64,000 nucleotides of DNA from Myxococcota bacterium (GTDB lineage Bacteria; Myxococcota_A; UBA9160; UBA6930): assembly GCA_965223705.1 (NCBI GenBank), contig OZ245015.1:384001-448000 (forward strand). Reading direction: 5' to 3'. This document shows positions 18,063-26,419 of this stretch, one piece after another. The translations under genes and the position numbers were made by a program. Numbering within the stretch: the stretch's first letter is position 1; each line of letters opens with the position of its first letter. The notes under the pieces were generated by a model that was given only the letters and a program-made list of their open reading frames with translations, was not told where the DNA came from and did not search any database.

Positions 18063-18623
18063 GTGGCTGGACGCGAAGATCCTGACACGGCGCTGATGCT
18101 CGCTTTCGCGGCCGGCGACGCCTCGGCGTTCGACGCGCTCTTCGCGCGCTGGGCCGGGCCGCTGCTCCGTTACCTGGCGCGTTTGGTGGGAGACAAAGCG
18201 GTGGCGGAAGAACTCGTGCAGGATTCGTTTTTGCGGATGCACCGCGCGCGGAGTCGCTACCGACCCGAAGCGCGTTTCTCCACATGGCTCTACACGATCG
18301 CGACGAATGCGGCCCGGAACGAATTGCGGCGGCCCTTTCGGCGCCACAAGCACGACGGCGAGGCGATCGACACGGGAGAAATCGCCGCCGACGGTCCCGC
18401 CACCGATGCGCGGGCGGGTGCGCGGCTCGAAGGACAGGCGGTGATGGACTGCCTCGGCGAGTTGCCGCAGCGGCAGCGCGAAGCGCTGTTGCTCGTGGCG
18501 GAGGGTTTGTCCTACGCGGAGATCGCCGACGCGCAAGGCGCGACGCTCTCCTCGGTCAAGGCGGCGGTCCACCGGGCACGCGGGAACTTGGCCGAGCGAC
18601 TGGCGAAGCGGAGCGAAGAATGA
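18063..18623 (+). CDS. ECF RNA polymerase sigma factor
   Basis: AEELVQDSF, FSTWLYTIATN, region 4 GLSYAEIA...VKAAVHRAR. Confidence 0.93.
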   Translation: MAGREDPDTALMLAFAAGDASAFDALFARWAGPLLRYLARLVGDKAVAEELVQDSFLRMHRARSRYRPEARFSTWLYTIATNAARNELRRPFRRHKHDGEAIDTGEIAADGPATDARAGARLEGQAVMDCLGELPQRQREALLLVAEGLSYAEIADAQGATLSSVKAAVHRARGNLAERLAKRSEE

Positions 18624-19141
18624 AGACGCCCGAGGACTACGAGCGCGAGTTGTCGGCGTACCTAGACGGCGAGCTCGATGAAAACGCAACGGCCGCCATC
18701 GCGCGCGCTTTGGAGGAGCAACCCGCGTTGCGGAAGCGCTTGGCCGCCCTTCGCGGCGCGGACGAAGCCCTGGCACGCTTGCCCGAGTCGGCACCGAGCG
18801 ACGCGCTGCTTGTGCGTCTCAAGGCGGAGATGGCGCGCGACGAGGCGTCTCGGGTCGCCCGGCCGCGTACCTTTCGCCGAGCCTTTGTGGGGGCGGCCTT
18901 TGCAGCGGCCGCTGGCCTCGCCGCCGTCGTTCTCTGGCCCGAGGTGTCGGTGGAGCCGCAACCGCCTCGCGCAGTCGTCGAACTCGAGCAGGAGTTCGGC
19001 CCGCTTCTCCAAACGCCGGAAGGCGCACCATCCCCCGCGCTCGCGGTGGAGAACGGCGACGCGGACGGCGATCTCGCCGTCATCGAAGTGCTCGAGTTTC
19101 TCGAAGATCTGGGCGACCTCTCGGAGGCGGGTCGAGGGTGA
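18620..19141 (+). CDS. Anti-sigma factor, single transmembrane
   Basis: ELSAYLDGEL anti-sigma motif, one TM helix, ATGA overlap with the sigma gene. Confidence 0.85.
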   Translation: MKTPEDYERELSAYLDGELDENATAAIARALEEQPALRKRLAALRGADEALARLPESAPSDALLVRLKAEMARDEASRVARPRTFRRAFVGAAFAAAAGLAAVVLWPEVSVEPQPPRAVVELEQEFGPLLQTPEGAPSPALAVENGDADGDLAVIEVLEFLEDLGDLSEAGRG

Positions 19142-19704
19142 CGGAGCTCTTTCGAAACATTGTGCGCGTCACACTCGTCTGTGCGTTGCTGCTCTCGCAG
19201 ACCGCGCTGCCAGCGGACGCGCAGGCGCGCGACAGCGTGCGCCCGCCGCGCGGGGAAGTCTCGGGTGCTGCGCCCGAATCGCTGCGGCGCAAGTTGGACG
19301 CGCTCTCACCTCGCGAACAACGCGTGGTGAAACGGCGCCTGCGCAACATGCCGGCGCAACGCCGCGCGCGGTTCTTCGAGCGCTGGGACTCGCTCGACGA
19401 GCGCGAACGCGAAGCCTTGATCGAGCGCTTCCGCGCGAGGATCGACCGACGCGAGGGTGGGGCGGCTCACGACCGCGCGGGCGACGTGCGACGCGACAGC
19501 GACCGCGTCGAGCGCAATCGCCGCGCGTGGCGCGAAATGCGGCGTGGTGACCGCGAGCGTATGAAGACGCGCCTGCGACGTTTCAAAGAGCTCAGTCCCG
19601 AGCAGCAGCGGCGGGTCGTCGACCGGCGCTTCAAAGACCGGACCGCCGAGGAACGGCGGCGAATCCTCGAACGTTTGCGGGCTGCGTCGGAGCGCCTCGA
19701 CTAA
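19138..19704 (+). CDS. DUF3106-like exported Arg-rich protein
   Basis: Signal peptide; repeated (W/F/L)xxLSPxxQ-type units; typical position after the anti-sigma gene. Confidence 0.7.
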   Translation: MTELFRNIVRVTLVCALLLSQTALPADAQARDSVRPPRGEVSGAAPESLRRKLDALSPREQRVVKRRLRNMPAQRRARFFERWDSLDEREREALIERFRARIDRREGGAAHDRAGDVRRDSDRVERNRRAWREMRRGDRERMKTRLRRFKELSPEQQRRVVDRRFKDRTAEERRRILERLRAASERLD

Positions 19705-19705
19705 G

Positions 19706-19725
19706 CTCGGGTTTTCGAACCCGAG
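19706..19725 (+). other. Perfect 8-bp hairpin CTCGGGTT-TTCG-AACCCGAG
   Basis: Exact inverted repeat immediately after the stop codon; no U-tract. Confidence 0.6.
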
Positions 19726-19733
19726 GTGGCAGC

Positions 19734-20279
19734 GTGGGCAAAGTCTTCTCCGAAATTGACGAGCGGCTCGAGGAATGGCTCGACGAGCAGCATTTATTCT
19801 TCGTCGCGACCGCACCCCTGTCCGACGAAGGGCTCGTCAATCTATCGCCCAAGGGGATGGATACCTTCCGCGTGATCGGACCGCGTCAGGTCGCGTATCT
19901 CGACTTTCACGGGAGCGGGGTCGAGACGATTGCTCACCTGCGCGAGAACGGACGCATCGTCGTGATGTTCTGCGCGTTTACCGGGCCGCCCCGCATCGTG
20001 CGGTTGCAGGGGCGCGGCGATGTTCTCCAGCCGGGCGACGCCGAGTTCGACACGTTGCGAGCGCAGTTCCCGGACATGCCCGGTTCGCGCGCTGTGATCC
20101 GGATCTCCGTCGGGCGGATCTCGGATTCGTGTGGTTTCAGCGTTCCGGAATTCACGTACAAGGGCGAGCGGTCGCAACTTCTCAAGTGGGCCGAACGCAA
20201 AGGCGAAGAGGGTCTCGAGGAGTACGCGCGTGAGAACAGCCGCGAGAGTCTCGACGGGTTGCCCGGCCTTCGCATCTAG
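19734..20279 (+). CDS. Pyridoxamine 5'-phosphate oxidase-like FMN-binding protein
   Basis: FFVATAP...NLSPKG, GSGVETIAHLRENGR, DSCGFSVP. Confidence 0.88.
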   Translation: MGKVFSEIDERLEEWLDEQHLFFVATAPLSDEGLVNLSPKGMDTFRVIGPRQVAYLDFHGSGVETIAHLRENGRIVVMFCAFTGPPRIVRLQGRGDVLQPGDAEFDTLRAQFPDMPGSRAVIRISVGRISDSCGFSVPEFTYKGERSQLLKWAERKGEEGLEEYARENSRESLDGLPGLRI

Positions 20280-20300
20280 TCTCCGCATTGCGGAGAAGGC

Positions 20301-20681
20301 GTGACGGCATCTCCGCTGACGGAAATCGCCGAAAGCTGTTGTCGGGCATTCCTCGGTTGGCGACTCCGCGAAGACCGCGAAGCGCTACTGGCGATGGGCG
20401 AAGGTCGCCTGGAGATCGATCTCTTGACCGGCGAAGCTTGGTGCGACGACGAACCCATCCCCCCGTTGTTCATCGCCAGTGCGGTTCGAGAGATCTTGGT
20501 GCGAGAGCTCGAGGACAACCAGATCGACGTGTCTTCCCTTTCGAGCGCGCGCGTCGACGCGGCCTTCGCGCGCCGCGACGTGCGGAAGCACGGAGAGACG
20601 AAACCCGCGCTACAGGTGACGTGTCGCGTCTTGCTTCGAACCGGTGGGGAAGAATCTTCGGCGGAGATGCACAACCAGTAG
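20301..20681 (+). CDS. Hypothetical protein (126 aa)
   Basis: GTG with upstream GGAGAAGG; fills the gap; protein-like composition. Confidence 0.65.
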   Translation: MTASPLTEIAESCCRAFLGWRLREDREALLAMGEGRLEIDLLTGEAWCDDEPIPPLFIASAVREILVRELEDNQIDVSSLSSARVDAAFARRDVRKHGETKPALQVTCRVLLRTGGEESSAEMHNQ

Positions 20682-20689
20682 CCTCTCGG

Positions 20690-22165
20690 CTAACGCTCGC
20701 CGTGCCGCTTCCGGTGACGGCGCATTCCCCCGGACAAGTGAACGCAGGAAAATCCTTTCGCTCGCATCCTCCGCGCGAGCTCCGCGGAGAGGAACCCGTA
20801 CTCACAACACACGGTGTAGCGCTGGGCGACGTCGAAGCTCGCATAGCCGCGGAGCGCTTGGTCCCACGGGAGCGACAGCGCGCCGGGTATGTGGTGTGCG
20901 TCGTAGAGCGGTCGCGGTCGAACGTCGAGCACGGTCGTACCCGCGGCGGGCTCCGTCGCGCAAAACGCGGAGTCGTCGGCGTCGGTGGCGTGGAAATCGC
21001 GCACGCGTAACACCTGCGCTCCCTCGAGGGCCTCTTCGAGCAGCCCGGGTGGGAGGCCGGCTTCGTATTCCGCTGCGACGGCCGAGCGCGCCCCGGTGGT
21101 CGGCTCCGAAGCGTCGAGCGAGCAGTGCTCCTGCACCTTGTCCGAGATGTCCGCAGTCCCGATCCGGCGGGTCAGCGCGATGATGTCGTCCTTGTTCATC
21201 CCGGCGAGCGGGCGGAGGACCGGCCGGCTCGTCACCTCTTCGATCACCGCGAGGTTGCGCACCGTTTGGGAGGAGACCTGTCCGATCGCTTCCCCCGTCG
21301 CGAGCACGTCGATCTTTTGTTCGCGCGCAACCGCGTCGGCCGCGGCGAACATGAAACGCTTGAGGAGGATCTGCCAGTAGCGCGGCCGCGTGTGTTCGCG
21401 GAGCTTTTCCACGATCGCGTCGAACTCGAGCAACACGAACTTCGGGTCGGAACCGTGGGCCCATCGCTCCTGAAGCACCTGCGCGACGCGCAGCGCGCCA
21501 CGGGCGTGTTCTTCCCCGCCGAGGGTGCAGAAGAAGTAATCGGGCCGAACGCCGCGTCGCATGAGTTGCCACGCGGCGGCCGCAGAATCGTAGCCGCCGG
21601 AAAGGAGAACCAGCGCGCGGCCCTCGCTCCCGATGGGGAGCCCGGCCGGGCCCGCGCGGGTTTCGGTGATGGCGAAGCCACGGTCTCGGTGCACCTCGAC
21701 GCCCGCTACGACTTCGGGGCGACTGAGATCGACGCCGCTAGCGATCGGCAGCAACGCCGCGCCCAACGCGCGCTCGAACTCGACACTCGACCACGACACA
21801 TCGCGCCGCGACCCGACGATCTTGGCCCGGGCGGCGAACCGCTTACCACGCACCAGCGGAGCGAAGAACTCGCGGCAACGCGCCACGGTTTCGTCGAGCG
21901 CGCCGACGGAGAAAGGCATGCCGAGTGCCGCGGATTGCACGCCGAACACCCGCGAGGCGACCTCGAGGCTCCGGGTGCCGCCGCTGCGAATGAACGCCCG
22001 TTCGTGGAACCGCTCGATCGGACTTTCGATGCCGCTACTGCGGAGCGCTTCGCGGAGGTTCCGCAGCAGCAGTGTGAGAAAGCGGCGCCGGGTTTCCCGG
22101 GCTTTCGTCGAGAGCTCGCCCGAGTAGCGGACGATGACCAACGGTGACGAATCCGTCGCGGACAC
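20690..22165 (-). CDS. thiI: tRNA 4-thiouridine synthase ThiI (THUMP, PP-loop, rhodanese)
   Basis: VRYSGELSTK, LLSGGYDS, TGEAIGQVSSQT, C-terminal rhodanese VLDVR...HIPGA...CCEYG. Confidence 0.92.
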   Translation of the reverse strand: MSATDSSPLVIVRYSGELSTKARETRRRFLTLLLRNLREALRSSGIESPIERFHERAFIRSGGTRSLEVASRVFGVQSAALGMPFSVGALDETVARCREFFAPLVRGKRFAARAKIVGSRRDVSWSSVEFERALGAALLPIASGVDLSRPEVVAGVEVHRDRGFAITETRAGPAGLPIGSEGRALVLLSGGYDSAAAAWQLMRRGVRPDYFFCTLGGEEHARGALRVAQVLQERWAHGSDPKFVLLEFDAIVEKLREHTRPRYWQILLKRFMFAAADAVAREQKIDVLATGEAIGQVSSQTVRNLAVIEEVTSRPVLRPLAGMNKDDIIALTRRIGTADISDKVQEHCSLDASEPTTGARSAVAAEYEAGLPPGLLEEALEGAQVLRVRDFHATDADDSAFCATEPAAGTTVLDVRPRPLYDAHHIPGALSLPWDQALRGYASFDVAQRYTVCCEYGFLSAELARRMRAKGFSCVHLSGGMRRHRKRHGER

Positions 22166-22233
22166 GCCGACAACCTAGCGCGCTGCGGGCCCCCAAAGAG
22201 CGCTGCTGCGGTAGTCTTCGGTGAGGAGGAGAC

Positions 22234-23043
22234 ATGTTCCCGGTAAGAAGCGTTACGGACAGATACGCCCACCTCGCGTTCCGCACCGTCGTCGGTATCG
22301 CGGCCGGCGCTCTGCTGGTGGCGTGCGGCGCGCAAGAGCGGCAAGTCGCCCAGGCCGATTCCCCACCCGAGCTGCGCGCGACGGAAGCGTCCGAAGACCC
22401 GGTAGAACCGGATTTTCTCGACGAGCTTCCCGAGCTCGAGTCCGCCGACGCGACGGAACCTCCGGCGGAAGCCGATTCGACGATCCGCATTCCCGGAGAG
22501 ACGGGACTCCGTCGGATCCTCGAAGAGCAGGGCATTCTCGAAGAAGCGGAGGCGCCCGCAACGCCGGGGACCGTCGCAGCGGCACGTCCCGCCGCCGCGG
22601 AGTCCGAGTCGTCACCCGAGGACATCCGAGCTGCGTTTGAGGCGGCGAAAGCGCGCGTGGCCCAGAAAACCGAGGCGCTCGCGGCCGCGCGTGAGACCGC
22701 GGAAAGCGCTCTCGCGGAAGTCGATGACGTCGAACGAGAGCTCCGCGCGGCCGAGTCGGAGCTTCGCCGCGTAGAAGAGCAGGTCGCCGAACTCGGACCC
22801 GAGCCGGATCCCGTGAGCGACACGGAATTGTTTCGCATGGTCCAGCGTGAGCTCTTGGAAGCGCAGGCGTTGGCGCGTGTCGCAATCGCCGCTGAGGTCC
22901 GCGACGGACGGGTGACGTTGCGCGGAGTCGTGCCGGACGACGCCACGCGCCGCGCCGCGGAGGACATCGCCGCAACGCTTCCCGGCGTCGCTTCCGTCGC
23001 GAATGAGATCCGCGTGAAGGGCCGCGACTCGCGTGGGGGGTGA
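22234..23043 (+). CDS. BON-domain lipoprotein with acidic linker and coiled coil
   Basis: LLVAC lipobox; C-terminal GRVTLRGVV...GVASVANEIRV. Confidence 0.8.
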   Translation: MFPVRSVTDRYAHLAFRTVVGIAAGALLVACGAQERQVAQADSPPELRATEASEDPVEPDFLDELPELESADATEPPAEADSTIRIPGETGLRRILEEQGILEEAEAPATPGTVAAARPAAAESESSPEDIRAAFEAAKARVAQKTEALAAARETAESALAEVDDVERELRAAESELRRVEEQVAELGPEPDPVSDTELFRMVQRELLEAQALARVAIAAEVRDGRVTLRGVVPDDATRRAAEDIAATLPGVASVANEIRVKGRDSRGG

Positions 23044-23815
23044 GGTTCGCGTCGAGCGCGAAGGCGCGATCGGATGGTTGGTTTTCGATCACCCCGAGCG
23101 CCGCAACGCCATCTCGGAAGCGATGTGGCGACAGATGCCCCCCGCCTTGGCGGAGCTCGACGCCGACCCCGAGGTTCGCGTCGTCGTCCTGCGGGGCGCC
23201 GGCGAAACCGCCTTCGTCTCCGGCGCCGACATCTCCGAGTTCGAGAAATCCCGCAGCGGGGAGACTTCTACCGGCTACAACGATCTGACCGGCCGGGCGT
23301 TCGCCGCGGTGAGGGATCTCCGCAAGCCGAGCGTCTCGATGATCCACGGCTTCTGCGTCGGCGGCGGCTTCGCCGTCTCCCTGCTGACCGACCTGCGCTA
23401 CGCGGCGGACGACGCAGTGTTCGCGATCCCCGCTGCCCGACTGGGGCTCGGTTACCACACTTCGGGTGTGGAAGTCCTGATGCAGCTCGTCGGTCCCGCC
23501 GTCGCCAAGGAGATCTTCTTCACGGCGCGAAGATACGATGCGGCAGAAGCCCTACAGTTCGGCTTCGTGAACCGCGTATTCGCCAAGGGAGAACTCGAGG
23601 CGGAAACCCGCGCGCTGATCGGGAAGATCGCCGAAAACGCGCCGCTCACCGTGCGCGCGGCGAAACGGTCGGCACGGGAGCTCTCCCGAAGCGCCGACGA
23701 GCGGGACTTGGCGGCGGCTGACCGCGAAATCGAGGCGTGTTTCGCGAGTGAGGACTATCGCGAAGGGGTCCGCGCCTTCATGGAAAAGCGGCGTCCGCAG
23801 TTTCGGGGCGTGTAA
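23033..23815 (+). CDS. Enoyl-CoA hydratase/isomerase family
   Basis: FVSGADISEF, HGFCVGGG, PAARLGLGY, EGVRAFMEKRRP. Confidence 0.92.
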   Translation: MGGEVRVEREGAIGWLVFDHPERRNAISEAMWRQMPPALAELDADPEVRVVVLRGAGETAFVSGADISEFEKSRSGETSTGYNDLTGRAFAAVRDLRKPSVSMIHGFCVGGGFAVSLLTDLRYAADDAVFAIPAARLGLGYHTSGVEVLMQLVGPAVAKEIFFTARRYDAAEALQFGFVNRVFAKGELEAETRALIGKIAENAPLTVRAAKRSARELSRSADERDLAAADREIEACFASEDYREGVRAFMEKRRPQFRGV

Positions 23816-24080
23816 AACGCTCCAGAAAAAGCGCCGATTTTCGTGAGCGGCGACACGAAAGCCGTTGCAGGGGTGCACTTTCCACCCGCAGAAAACTTGC
23901 GATTCCCACAATAGTCGGAACATTCAACGGCCAACGGCTCTAGTTGGGGCTCCCGCCGCCGATATATGGATCGGTAGCGCGGGCCGCTAGAGACAGTCCG
24001 TGTGACCGGAACGCAGGCCGAGCGGGCTCCGCAGGGGGCAACCGCCGCGCTGCATCGGAAAGTTTGGAGATTCGAACAGT

Positions 24081-24611
24081 ATGATCCGCAATCGCCTCAC
24101 CACGACCCTCGTTGTCTCCCTCACTCTTTGTGTCGCCTTCGCTTGGGGATGTTCTTCGACCAAGAGCAGTCCGGGCGCTTCTTCTCGAAGCACCCCGGTC
24201 GGCGGTTTCGAACAAGGTGGGGAAGAGTTCGGGGGCGGAGGCTCGATGGCCGGGCAAGCGGCGAACGAAGCCCTCGAGGCGCTGCAAACCATCTACTTCG
24301 ATTACGACCGCGCCGTGGTCCGCGGCGATCAGAAATCCGCGCTCGAGTCGAGCGCCGTCGCGATCGGCAACAACGCCAGCTGGGGCACGATCGTGGTCGA
24401 GGGCCACTGCGATGAGCGCGGCAGTGAAGAATACAACCTCGCTCTCGGCGAGCGCCGCGCGACTGCCGTGAAGCGCTACCTGACCGATCTCGGCGTGCCG
24501 TCCCAGCGCCTCGACGTGGTGAGCTTCGGTGAGAGCAAGCCCGCCGTGCAGGGACACGACGAATCGGCCTGGCGCTGGAACCGCCGCGCGGAGTTCCGCG
24601 GCCTCAACTAG
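24081..24611 (+). CDS. pal: Peptidoglycan-associated lipoprotein (OmpA-C domain)
   Basis: AWGC lipobox; IYFDYD, EGHCDERGSEEYNLALGERRA, VSFGESKP, NRRAEF. Confidence 0.92.
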   Translation: MIRNRLTTTLVVSLTLCVAFAWGCSSTKSSPGASSRSTPVGGFEQGGEEFGGGGSMAGQAANEALEALQTIYFDYDRAVVRGDQKSALESSAVAIGNNASWGTIVVEGHCDERGSEEYNLALGERRATAVKRYLTDLGVPSQRLDVVSFGESKPAVQGHDESAWRWNRRAEFRGLN

Positions 24612-24687
24612 GGCCACTCCGGCAATCCATCCGGTTTTTTCCGATCTTCGCTAGCGTGGGGAACACACCCAGCTAGACGGAGATCCC

Positions 24688-26334
24688 ATGCCTGTACACG
24701 GCGGAAAACTCGCGGCCCGCGCACTCAAGGAAGCGGGGGTCGAGGCCATCTTTACGCTGTCGGGCGGCCACATCATGCCGATCTACGACGGCTGCCTCGA
24801 TGAGGGCATCAAGATCATCGACGTGCGCCACGAGCAAGCGGCCGTGCACGCCGCCGACTCATGGGCGCGTTGCAACCCCGGAAAGATCGGCGTGGCGGCG
24901 ATTACCGCCGGCCCCGGCGTGACCGACGGCGTCACCGGCGTCGCGAACGCGTGGCGCGCGAACAGTCCCATCCTGGTCTTCGGCGGTCAGGGACCGTTCG
25001 AAAATCTGCGCCGCGGCTCCCTGCAAGAAATGGATCACGTCGGCGTGATGCGGCCCATCACCAAGTTCGCCGACGCCGTCTACCAGACCCATCGCATTCC
25101 CGAATACATCGAGCTGGCGATCCGGCACGCCGTCTCCGGGATCCCCGGCCCTGCGTACCTGGAAATCCCCATGGACGTCTTCATGGCCGAGGTCGAGTGG
25201 GAAGACGCGCCCGTTCCGCCCATCCGCACCGAGCCGCCGCGCTTGTCGCCCGACCGCGAAGAAGCGCGGCGCGCGATCGAGCTCCTGGCGGGCGCGGAAC
25301 GCCCGGTGCTGATGGCGGGAACGAGCGTCAAGTGGTCGCGCGCGTCGGGCGAGCTGCAGGAGTTTCTGCGCGAAACCCACGTTCCGACGTATACGAATGG
25401 GATGGGACGCGGCACGGTGCCGCCCGACATGCCGGAATGGCTCAATCGCTCGCGCCGCAAGGCGCTCGAGAAGGCCGACTGCGTGATCCTCGCCGGCACG
25501 CTCCTCGATTTCCGGATGCGTTTCGGGCAGACGATCCCCGCGGACGCGAAGATCATCCAGCTCGACATGGACGCGACGCTGATCGGCCAGAACCGGCCGT
25601 CGGACGTCGGCCTCGTCGGAAACCTCGCCTGCAGCTTCGATCTCCTCCTCGAAGAGATGAAGAACCAAGGCGCGCAGCTCGATTGGACGGCGTGGCGCGA
25701 CGAGTTGCGCGAGCTCGAGAACGCGGCCGAGCAGAAAATCGAAGCGAACCTGAACAGCGATGAGACGCCGATCGATCCCCAGCGTTTGTGCCGAGAAGTG
25801 CGCGACTGGCTCGACACGCTCGGCGATCCCATCGTCATCGGCGACGGCGGTGACATCGTGGCGACCGCGGCGAAGATCCTCCCGGTGAAGCGCGAGGGCG
25901 CCTGGATGGATCCCGGGCCGCTGGGAACCCTCGGCGTGGGGATGCCGTTCGGTCTGGCGGCGCAGCTCGCGAACCCCGACAAGCGTGTCGTCATCATGTA
26001 CGGCGACGGTTCGTTCGGCCTGAACGGCATGGAGTTCGATACGGCCGTCCGCTTCGGTTTGCCGGTGATCGGCGTTCTCGGGAACGACGGCGCGTGGGGA
26101 CAGATGATGCGCCCGCAAGGTGCCGTCTACGGCTGGGACCGACTCGCCGCGACGCTCCTCAACTACACGCGCTACGACAAAGTGGTCGAGGCTTTGGGTG
26201 GGCACGGAGAGCTCGTCGAGCGACCCGAAGATATCCGCCCGGCTCTCGAGCGCGCGGCCGCGTCCGGTAAGCCCGCGCTTGTGAATGTCGTCATCCGACA
26301 AGACCGCGAGTACAAGGGCGGCGTCTACGTCTAG
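24688..26334 (+). CDS. ThDP-dependent enzyme, 2-hydroxyacyl-CoA lyase / acetolactate-synthase-like
   Basis: FTLSGGHI, VRHEQAAVHAAD, DPGPLGTLGVG, GDGSFG...NDGAWG ThDP motif. Confidence 0.85.
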   Translation: MPVHGGKLAARALKEAGVEAIFTLSGGHIMPIYDGCLDEGIKIIDVRHEQAAVHAADSWARCNPGKIGVAAITAGPGVTDGVTGVANAWRANSPILVFGGQGPFENLRRGSLQEMDHVGVMRPITKFADAVYQTHRIPEYIELAIRHAVSGIPGPAYLEIPMDVFMAEVEWEDAPVPPIRTEPPRLSPDREEARRAIELLAGAERPVLMAGTSVKWSRASGELQEFLRETHVPTYTNGMGRGTVPPDMPEWLNRSRRKALEKADCVILAGTLLDFRMRFGQTIPADAKIIQLDMDATLIGQNRPSDVGLVGNLACSFDLLLEEMKNQGAQLDWTAWRDELRELENAAEQKIEANLNSDETPIDPQRLCREVRDWLDTLGDPIVIGDGGDIVATAAKILPVKREGAWMDPGPLGTLGVGMPFGLAAQLANPDKRVVIMYGDGSFGLNGMEFDTAVRFGLPVIGVLGNDGAWGQMMRPQGAVYGWDRLAATLLNYTRYDKVVEALGGHGELVERPEDIRPALERAAASGKPALVNVVIRQDREYKGGVYV

Positions 26335-26419
26335 TCCGTCCACGAAAGAGACGGCATTCACGTCGAGTTCGGCCGAGGTTCGGGCCGAGCCGGCCGAAGC
26401 GCTGGGGCTCGACCCCGGC

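Noticed and set aside
23950..23990. Purine riboswitch (ATATGG loop)
   Set aside because: No TATAA J1/2 or TTTCTAC J2/3 segments, and the downstream gene is unrelated.
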